A stretch of 58,242 nt of DNA from Candidatus Nomurabacteria bacterium GW2011_GWC2_42_20. Lineage in GTDB: Bacteria; Patescibacteriota; Minisyncoccia; Phycocordibacterales; UBA1550. The stretch's first letter is position 1. Every line of letters starts with the position of its first letter. Shown one piece after another: positions 26,623 through 33,445 of the stretch. The notes under the pieces are model-generated. The model made no database searches, was not told the DNA's origin, and worked only from the letters and a program-made list of their open reading frames with translations. Location: positions 1 to 58,242 of the forward strand of contig LCDG01000008.1 in the NCBI GenBank assembly GCA_000998425.1, written 5' to 3'. Position numbers and translations under genes: made by a program.

Positions 26623-27840
26623 CTATGTAAAATGCCCGACAAGCTGATAAATAGGGAGAATGATAGAAAATGCAATAGCCCCAACAAGTAGACCCATAAG
26701 CAATAGGAGGGCTGGTTCTAGAACAGCTGTCAAGTCTTTTAGCTTATTATCAACATCCTCTTCGTAAAAATCAGAAAATGTGACAAGGATTTCAGACAAA
26801 GAACCAGTCCGCTCGCCAACTGTGGTAAGGCTCACAAGGAGTCGCGGGAACAGTTCTGGAAACTTTGACAGGGCATCTGAAATGGAAATACCGTTTTTAA
26901 CATGGTCGACCACCGTGTTGATTGCCACCTCGTATTTTTGGTTCCCGATAGAATTTGCCGATGATTCAAGAGATGACACGGCAGAAAGACCACTCGACAT
27001 AAGGTTGCCGAGGGTACGCGTAAAACGCACGAGAGCTACTTTTTTTACAAGCTCACTTGCCACGGGAATATGTGAAATAACCCAAAAGAAAAATTTCTTT
27101 CCTGTGCGCGTAGTGCGAAAATAAAGAAAAAACCATATTAGAAAGACCAGCACTGCGCCATCCAAAAGAAAACTGTATGTAAGCATACTCGAGAGCCAAA
27201 GGAAGAACTTTGTAACCCACGGAAGCTCTACACCACTTGAAGCAAACGCCTTAGTAAGACGCGGAAGTACAAAAATAAGAAGTAACGAAACCACGCCAAC
27301 AGATGCAGATAAAAGAATTACTGGGTACATCAATGCAGACTTTACCTTTGCGCGAAGCGCGAACTCCTTTGAAAGATACTGGCCAAGCTCTGCAAGCGTA
27401 TGTGAGAGCTGACCAGAAGTCTCCCCTGCTCGCAACATCCCTAGGAAAACTGGAGGAAAATCATTTTTGTAATTCTCAAAACCAGCAGATAATGGTTGGC
27501 CATTTTTCACGAGTGCTTGCACTTCGATGAGCGTATCCTTCATTATCTTTTTTTCAGTATCCGCTATCAAAATATCTAAGGCTTCGACGATAGAAAGTCC
27601 GGCCTTCACCGTAGCAGAAAGATTGCGTACCAAAAACAAAATGTCGACCGATGTTATTTTTTCAAAAAGAGAGATAGACATGCCTAGTCCTCCTTTTCCG
27701 CTACGCAAAGAGCTTATCGAAACCGGCGTTAGGTCTCTGCGAAGCATATAATCAGCAACACCATCACGTGTGTCCGCTTCGTATTCCCCTTTTACAATTG
27801 CTCCGTCGCGATTGTAACCTTCGTAAATAAAAATTGGCAT
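26623..27840 (-). CDS. pilC: Type IV pilus / T2SS platform protein, GspF/PilC family
   Basis: 405 aa with two T2SSF repeats and three TM segments. Typical C-terminal LEPALLLLMGLLVGAIAFSIILPIYQL. Confidence 0.9.
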   Translation of the reverse strand: MPIFIYEGYNRDGAIVKGEYEADTRDGVADYMLRRDLTPVSISSLRSGKGGLGMSISLFEKITSVDILFLVRNLSATVKAGLSIVEALDILIADTEKKIMKDTLIEVQALVKNGQPLSAGFENYKNDFPPVFLGMLRAGETSGQLSHTLAELGQYLSKEFALRAKVKSALMYPVILLSASVGVVSLLLIFVLPRLTKAFASSGVELPWVTKFFLWLSSMLTYSFLLDGAVLVFLIWFFLYFRTTRTGKKFFFWVISHIPVASELVKKVALVRFTRTLGNLMSSGLSAVSSLESSANSIGNQKYEVAINTVVDHVKNGISISDALSKFPELFPRLLVSLTTVGERTGSLSEILVTFSDFYEEDVDNKLKDLTAVLEPALLLLMGLLVGAIAFSIILPIYQLVGHFT

Positions 27841-27850
27841 AACTTTGAGT

Positions 27851-28308
27851 TGAATATTGAATATAGAATGTTGAATTTAGAATAGACTCAAGATTCTACC
27901 TTATATTATAAATTGTTTGTCTTATTAATGAAAGCGTTTAGGAGTTGATGAGAATTTCCTAATTGATTATATATGCCATCAAACTCATCAGCTGGAAGAA
28001 ATGCAACATCTCGAGCTACCAAAAGCTGACTTTCTAGCTCTACAAGGGACCCTCTTGCAACTGAATAAAACTGTAATTTTTCCTTATTACCTCTCCGAGC
28101 AAATCCTTCTGCAATATTTGATGTTATTGAAACCGCAGATCTTCTCATTTGTGACGTTAACCCAAAAATTTCTTCTCGTGGAAATTTTCTTGTTATCTGA
28201 TAAATCATCAAAACAAGTTTATGCGCCTCTTGCCAAACAATAAGATCTGTAAATGCATAGATTTTGGGATTCCTATTCTGCATTTTTATTCGATATTCGA
28301 TATTCTAT
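27851..28308. repeat. Inverted heptamer-array element B, carrying the four-helix-bundle gene
   Basis: The (ngaatnn)x5 units tgaatat/tgaatat/agaatgt/tgaattt/agaatag lie at 27851-27885. The units attcgat/attcgat/attctat lie at 28288-28308. The two arrays are in inverted orientation and bracket CDS 27906-28283. Confidence 0.8.
27906..28283 (-). CDS. Four-helix-bundle protein (23S rRNA intervening-sequence protein / Avd-like family)
   Basis: The 125-aa protein reads LIVWQEAHKLVLMIYQITRKFPREEIFGLTSQMRRSAVSITSNIAEGFAR...FYSVARGSLVELESQLLVA. These are the hallmark motifs of the TIGR02436-type four-helix-bundle family. Confidence 0.85.
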   Translation of the reverse strand: MQNRNPKIYAFTDLIVWQEAHKLVLMIYQITRKFPREEIFGLTSQMRRSAVSITSNIAEGFARRGNKEKLQFYSVARGSLVELESQLLVARDVAFLPADEFDGIYNQLGNSHQLLNAFINKTNNL

Positions 28309-28313
28309 CAAGT

Positions 28314-30029
28314 TTACTCCTTCACCACCCTGAGAATCTCCTCAATAGTAGTAATCCCACGCTCGACTTTATCCAACCCATCCTCAAACATTGTTTTCAT
28401 ACCATCCTCAATAGCCTTTTTTCGCACCTCGCCAACCGTCGCTTCACGCAAGATAAGCTCTCGGACAGAATCATTTATGCGAAAAAGCTCATAGATTCCA
28501 ATCTGCCCCTGAAAACCCGAATTCCCGCACACCTTGCATCCACGCCCACGGTAAAGAGTTGTGGGTATATCTCCTGTCGTGTTGCCAGAGAGCTCCATTT
28601 GCGCCTTAATAAGGCGTATAATCTCTGGGCTTGCTACGTATGACTCTGGGCACGAGGCGCAGATACGACGAACAAGACGCTGAGCGATAACAAGGTTTAT
28701 TGTTGATGAGAGAAGGAACGCTGGCGCACCCATATCTAGAAGGCGTGGCAAAGCAGATGTTGCATCGTTGGTGTGTAGTGATGACACAACAAGATGCCCC
28801 GTAAGAGCAGCGTGAATTGCAATTTCGACTGTCTCGTTGTCACGAATCTCACCAATCATAATAATGTCTGGGTTTTGGCGAAGTAGAGCACGAAGACCGT
28901 TTGCAAAAGTAATCCCAGCTTTTGGATTTACTTGTGTCTGGTTTACACGTGGGAATTCGTACTCAACAGGATCTTCAATGGTTGTAATGTTGACTGATGG
29001 CGTATTAAGAATTTGAAGTATCGCATATAGCGTTGTTGTCTTGCCGTGTCCAGTAGGACCAGTCACAAGCACCATGCCGTGAGGTTTTTTAATTTCATTA
29101 AAAAGAATATCGGTAGCAGCGTCAGAGAACCCAAGATCTTTTAGTGTGAGGGGCCGAGCAGCGCCCTTAAGAATACGCATTTCAACTTTTTCACCATGAA
29201 AGACTGGCATAATGTTTACACGTACATCTATAGACATACCGTCGTCCATATCAAAACGAAAACGACCGTCTTGTGGCATACGATGTTCGTCTATTTGCAT
29301 ACCTGCGAGGATCTTTACACGCGCCACAAGCACAGGAGCAATAGCTTTTGGCAAACTTACAATCTCCTGCATGATGCCATCAATACGAAAGCGTATAAGT
29401 AATTCCTTTTCGAGTGGTTCAAAATGAATGTCTGAAGTATTTAGGCTTGCTGCATGATCAATGACATTATCGAGAATACTCACAATAGGAACAGCTGCGG
29501 CTCCCTTTGTAACATCCGCCTCGTCCGCGACTGACATGGACTGCTCAACATTTTCAGAAATAATTTGATCAAAATTAATACCAACTTTTTTCTTGTACTG
29601 CTTGAGCCCATAACGAAGGCTTGGTAGCGTGGTCAAATACACATCAACCCATACGTTAAGCTTCGCGCGGACGTACTCGATAGTCTCGTAGTCAAAAGGG
29701 TCAAGCATCGCGAGTTTGGCTCGCCCTTGCTCCTTGTCGTATGCAAACAAAACTATATTTTTTGACTTTGCGTAAACCTCTGGGATAAGCTCGAGTATCT
29801 CATGGTCTATTGTCTCTGCTTCCTTTTTAAGGTTTACAATCGGCGCTGAATAGTATGGGCTTAAAAGCTCGGTAAAATAATCCTCGGGAATCTTGCCACT
29901 GCCAATGAGCACATTGGCTATAGACTGTCCTGAACGACGAGACTCCTCGGCCACAGCATCAAAATCTTCATCGGTAATAAGTCCAGACTCAAGCGCGATT
30001 TCTCTTAATTTATCTTTTGAGATGTGCAT
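28314..30029 (-). CDS. pilB: Type IV pilus assembly ATPase, GspE/PilB family
   Basis: T2SSE N-terminal domain, Walker A VTGPTGHGKTTT, Asp box, Walker B, His box and the tetracysteine CASC...CKVCGNSG. Confidence 0.92.
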   Translation of the reverse strand: MHISKDKLREIALESGLITDEDFDAVAEESRRSGQSIANVLIGSGKIPEDYFTELLSPYYSAPIVNLKKEAETIDHEILELIPEVYAKSKNIVLFAYDKEQGRAKLAMLDPFDYETIEYVRAKLNVWVDVYLTTLPSLRYGLKQYKKKVGINFDQIISENVEQSMSVADEADVTKGAAAVPIVSILDNVIDHAASLNTSDIHFEPLEKELLIRFRIDGIMQEIVSLPKAIAPVLVARVKILAGMQIDEHRMPQDGRFRFDMDDGMSIDVRVNIMPVFHGEKVEMRILKGAARPLTLKDLGFSDAATDILFNEIKKPHGMVLVTGPTGHGKTTTLYAILQILNTPSVNITTIEDPVEYEFPRVNQTQVNPKAGITFANGLRALLRQNPDIIMIGEIRDNETVEIAIHAALTGHLVVSSLHTNDATSALPRLLDMGAPAFLLSSTINLVIAQRLVRRICASCPESYVASPEIIRLIKAQMELSGNTTGDIPTTLYRGRGCKVCGNSGFQGQIGIYELFRINDSVRELILREATVGEVRKKAIEDGMKTMFEDGLDKVERGITTIEEILRVVKE

Positions 30030-30037
30030 ATTGAACT

Positions 30038-30114
30038 GAATGTGGAATATAGAATTTTGAATATTGAATAGGGAAACGAAATGTATCAGTATTATATAAT
30101 ATTCAATATTCTAT
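30038..30114. repeat. Inverted heptamer-array element C (no cargo)
   Basis: The units gaatgtg/gaatata/gaatttt/gaatatt/gaatagg/gaaacga lie at 30038-30079. The units attcaat/attctat lie at 30101-14. gaatattgaata and tattcaatattc are exact reverse complements. Confidence 0.8.
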
Positions 30115-30174
30115 CCAATCAGTATATCACACCTATTTTTAATAAGTACAACTTAGCTGTGGATACTGACGTCT

Positions 30175-30837
30175 TTAGAGCATAAGAAGTGGATAGAGGT
30201 TTAATGCGGTAAGAATTTTTACAGTAAACAGCAATGCGATTGGAGCAGAAAAAAGAAATGTGGGCGCAAGTGGGATTCGTTCAATTCCATAAAAAATGCG
30301 AGCCACAATAGAGAAAATGACCGCAGAAATAAGCCCTATTGGCAAAAGTACAACAACCCCTGGCCACCCGGAGATAAGCATTGCAAGGACAATAAGCATG
30401 ATATCTCCTTCTCGAAAATTATACGCTCGGTATCGAGAGCGAGTAATGAGGAAAAGATAAAAAAGTCCTGTAATTACGAGTAGTGCGACAGTACTTAAGA
30501 AAAAATTTTGAAATGAATAGAAAGCAAAGTACCCATGAGTGCCAACAAAAAATGGTCGCATCCACTCAAGCAAATAAGGAAAAGGCACTTCAGGAGAAAG
30601 GGCTGATGAAAGAAGTATCCTTGTGAACTCACTTTTACCCCAAACAACATACTGCCCCCAAGTAGCGAGGATCCCGTACAAAAGGTGTATGCCGGTAGCA
30701 ATAGTAGCCAGCAAACCGTAAGAAACATTTTTTAGTATCTGCGGACGAGTGAGACGCACAACAACTATACTAAAAAATAACAGCCATATTGTAAGAGTAA
30801 TTGTATTAAAATTTGTAAGAAGAAAATCTAACGACAT
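30175..30837 (-). CDS. Polytopic membrane protein, possible divergent A24 prepilin peptidase
   Basis: About 6-7 TM helices. One GD motif, FREGDIMLIVLAMLISGWPG, resembles the second catalytic-Asp box (GDxKLxxxxGxxLG). The gene sits between the pilin and pilB genes. No clear first catalytic Asp box was seen. Confidence 0.4.
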   Translation of the reverse strand: MSLDFLLTNFNTITLTIWLLFFSIVVVRLTRPQILKNVSYGLLATIATGIHLLYGILATWGQYVVWGKSEFTRILLSSALSPEVPFPYLLEWMRPFFVGTHGYFAFYSFQNFFLSTVALLVITGLFYLFLITRSRYRAYNFREGDIMLIVLAMLISGWPGVVVLLPIGLISAVIFSIVARIFYGIERIPLAPTFLFSAPIALLFTVKILTALNLYPLLML

Positions 30838-30855
30838 AGCCTTATCATGCTAACA

Positions 30856-30901
30856 AAAAAACACACAGCTTGTCTAGATACTAGACAAGCTGTGTGTTTT
30901 T
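30856..30901. terminator. Strong rho-independent terminator after the pilin genes
   Basis: aaaaacacacagcttgtctag-ata-ctagacaagctgtgtgttttt is a perfect ~21-bp stem that includes the A/T runs. It lies immediately 3' of pilin CDS 30911-31678 on the minus strand. Confidence 0.85.
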
Positions 30902-30910
30902 AAAATTTAA

Positions 30911-31678
30911 CTAGAATGCTCCAGATGCAGGTAGTAAGTATAAACTATTTCCTGATTCGTACATGCCATTGTTGTCGCCACCATCTTTTGACATTTTATT
31001 ATCCTCGGACGTATAGGCATTACTTTCAAACACAGCATTTATTTCAAAAATGTATGCTGGTTTGCCAGATCCCACAGTCGCTGATGTTCCATTTTGACAT
31101 GCATAACGGTATACAAGATCAGAAGCATTTGGGGTTGTAGCACTAACCATATTTACTGGATCAACTGGGTAACTTGAAATTGGCGTACCGCCAGTTAGAG
31201 CCTTGAGGTTTACTGGAATCCAACCAGTACCGTCAACCTTGCTTACTGATCCTGCTACCCCGTTGCGACACCAGCTACCACTTGGACCAAAGGCCGCAGT
31301 ACCACCAGCTGCATCAATTCCTGCCGTAGGTCCAACACCGGTACATGCTACTGTTCCGTCATAACTATACGAAATCTTTGCTGAAGCGTTTGCTGTAGTC
31401 ACACCAGCAGGTGTTGTCGAAGTAAGACATACCGAGCCATATCCATCCAAGCTTGGTGTCGATGATGCAGTGAGAATGATGCCAAGCGCTGTTTTAACAG
31501 ACTTCAAGTCAGAAATACGCTGAGCATCGCGAGCTTTTTTGAGTGTTTCTGCAGGGTTCAACATAAACACAAGCGCGATTGATAAGATTGCAATAATCGC
31601 TATAACAATAAGGAGCTCGAGGAGAGTGAAGCCTTTCTCGTGTTTTTCTTTTAAATTAAAATTTATGAATGATGTCAT
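30911..31678 (-). CDS. Type IV pilin (major pilin candidate 2)
   Basis: EKG|FTLLELLIVIAIIAILSIALVFMLNPAETLKKARDAQRISDLKSV. It is paralogous to 31720-32439, including the shared C-terminal motifs GTGWIPVN...LTGG.PIS..PVDPVN. Confidence 0.9.
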   Translation of the reverse strand: MTSFINFNLKEKHEKGFTLLELLIVIAIIAILSIALVFMLNPAETLKKARDAQRISDLKSVKTALGIILTASSTPSLDGYGSVCLTSTTPAGVTTANASAKISYSYDGTVACTGVGPTAGIDAAGGTAAFGPSGSWCRNGVAGSVSKVDGTGWIPVNLKALTGGTPISSYPVDPVNMVSATTPNASDLVYRYACQNGTSATVGSGKPAYIFEINAVFESNAYTSEDNKMSKDGGDNNGMYESGNSLYLLPASGAF

Positions 31679-31719
31679 GATTGTTTAGGATTGCTTAGAG
31701 ATAATTTAAAAAAATATTA

Positions 31720-32439
31720 TTAGAAGTCTACTCCGCCAGCGGTAGCCCCCATAATCTTTAGGTTTGTGCCTACTTCATAATAGTTTGTACTATTACCACC
31801 ATCCGCAGTTAATTTATTTTCCGAAGATGTGTAGGCAATACTTTCAAGTACTGCGTCCATCTCAAATGTAAGTGGTGATGCTGCGCATGCATAACGATAT
31901 GCCAGCGTTGCGCTTGTAATAGATGTTACTGAGTCGCCTGTGCCAAGGGCATTTACTGGATCAACTGGGAGATTTGAGATTGGTGAACCACCTGTTAGTG
32001 TGTCAAAGTTTACTGGAATCCAGCCAGTGCCATCTGTAAGAGATGGACTTGCTACGTTTACCGATGCGGGAACGCTAGCAGAACCACCATCTAGTGTAGT
32101 GTCAGCAAGGGTGCCTGCTGATGTAGGAAGTGAGTAAAAAATATCGTCTCCAGAAACATAAGCGCTGGTTGGACTTGCCTTGCATGCTGTGTTTGTGGTG
32201 AGACTACCAAGGTATGGGGTGCTTGTACTAGTCAAATAAAGACCGAGAGCGGTTTTCATTGTGCTTAAATCTGAAATACGCTGAGCGTCGCGTGACTTAC
32301 GGAGAGCTTCTGCAGGGTTTAGAACGAGTACGAGAGCGACTGACAAAATTGCAATAATCGAAATAACAATAAGGAGTTCGAGGAGGGTAAAGCCAGCGTC
32401 GCGCTTCTTTTTTACATTCATATTTAAATTCAAATTCAT
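31720..32439 (-). CDS. Type IV pilin (major pilin candidate 1)
   Basis: RDAG|FTLLELLIVISIIAILSVALVLVLNPAEALRKSRDAQRISDLSTM. Confidence 0.9.
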   Translation of the reverse strand: MNLNLNMNVKKKRDAGFTLLELLIVISIIAILSVALVLVLNPAEALRKSRDAQRISDLSTMKTALGLYLTSTSTPYLGSLTTNTACKASPTSAYVSGDDIFYSLPTSAGTLADTTLDGGSASVPASVNVASPSLTDGTGWIPVNFDTLTGGSPISNLPVDPVNALGTGDSVTSITSATLAYRYACAASPLTFEMDAVLESIAYTSSENKLTADGGNSTNYYEVGTNLKIMGATAGGVDF

Positions 32440-32470
32440 ATTTATTAAATTATTCGTAATTAATGCTTTT

Positions 32471-32500
32471 ATTGTACCAAATAATAATTAAAAAACACAA
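32471..32500 (-). promoter_or_regulatory. Putative sigma70-type promoter for the pilin genes
   Basis: On the minus strand: TTGTGT (32500-32495), an 18-nt spacer, then extended -10 TGGTACAAT (32479-32471). It lies about 30 nt upstream of the pilin ATG. Confidence 0.3.
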
Positions 32501-32527
32501 TAGTACTGTGGATAACTACACTGGGCA

Positions 32528-32666
32528 GAATATTGAATGTAGAATGTTGAAGATAGAATGAATGCAGGAAATTCGTTTGCTTCGCTAAGCGGCGGGCTTT
32601 TGCCGTATGCAAAAACACCGCACCATTCTATATTCTATATTCTATATTCGAAATTCTACATTCTAT
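32528..32666. repeat. Inverted heptamer-array element D (60-nt GC-richer core)
   Basis: gaat occurs in phase 7 at 32528/35/42/(49)/56. attc occurs in phase 7 at 32625/32/39/46/53/60, and attctat x3 is perfect at 32625-32645. The last unit overlaps the response-regulator stop codon. Confidence 0.85.
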
Positions 32667-33040
32667 CCAAGATAGCCCATTGCCTTGTTTATCACGTCTT
32701 GTATTGAATAGTCTACTTTTACCAAATATTCATTTGCCCCCAATGCAAGCGCGCGATCTTGATCTGTCTTTTGACCAAGGTTTGAAAGAATAATAACAGG
32801 TATATTTGCAAGCTCTGGATTTTTCTTTATCTCCTCAAGGACACCGAAACCATCTTTTTTAGGAATCATAAGGTCAAGTAAAATAACGTCTGGCTTCTCA
32901 GCGGTAATTTTTACAATCGCCTCCTCACCATCGCGCGCCAAGGATACATCAATCCCCTCTTTCGCGAATTTGATTTCATATACCTTTGAAATATGCTCGT
33001 CGTCCTCGACAACCATTATCTTTTTTTTGTTAGTATCCAT
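32663..33040 (-). CDS. Single-domain response regulator (CheY-like receiver only)
   Basis: VVEDDE, the phospho-acceptor context VILLDLMIPKKDG, IILSN and EYLVK. There is no output domain. Confidence 0.9.
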   Translation of the reverse strand: MDTNKKKIMVVEDDEHISKVYEIKFAKEGIDVSLARDGEEAIVKITAEKPDVILLDLMIPKKDGFGVLEEIKKNPELANIPVIILSNLGQKTDQDRALALGANEYLVKVDYSIQDVINKAMGYLG

Positions 33041-33045
33041 ATAGT

Positions 33046-33435
33046 TTATGTATAGCTCAGAACCTTCCCAACAAGGTCATCCAGGCCGTAATCTCCCTTT
33101 ACTAAATAATCAGTAGCACCGAGCTTGAGCGCTGTGTCTCTTGTATTTTCGTCCCCCGACACAGAGCAAACAACCACTTTCATATCCCTGTATTTCTCAT
33201 CCTCGCGAACCTTTGCAAGGAACTCTAGGCCGTTCATCCCTGGCAAAAGTATGTCTAGCCAGATCACAAAGATATCAGGATGCTCAGAATTAAGCACTTC
33301 GAGCGCATCCTCAGCGCGCATAGTAGAAATGACACGATGACCTTTTTTCTCAAGCATTAGAGTTATTGCGTGATTTAGCGCGCTGTCATCTTCAAGGAGA
33401 AGTATTGTTTTACGATTTTCTAATTGCTCTGTCAT
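33046..33435 (-). CDS. Single-domain response regulator (CheY-like receiver only)
   Basis: LLLEDD, IWLDILLPGMNG, VVCSVSG and DYLVKG. There is no output domain. Confidence 0.9.
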   Translation of the reverse strand: MTEQLENRKTILLLEDDSALNHAITLMLEKKGHRVISTMRAEDALEVLNSEHPDIFVIWLDILLPGMNGLEFLAKVREDEKYRDMKVVVCSVSGDENTRDTALKLGATDYLVKGDYGLDDLVGKVLSYT

Positions 33436-33445
33436 TTTAGTCTAA

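Noticed and set aside
27906-28283. Diversity-generating retroelement (the four-helix-bundle protein is Avd-like)
   Set aside because: The window has no reverse transcriptase ORF and no template/variable repeat pair. The only long paralogous pair (29-537 vs 22786-23275) differs at all base types rather than at adenines only, and is about 70% identical at the protein level.
26504-32666. CRISPR array
   Set aside because: The repeat unit is only 7 nt and tandem, with no 25-40 nt spacers. The arrays come in inverted pairs, and no cas genes are present.
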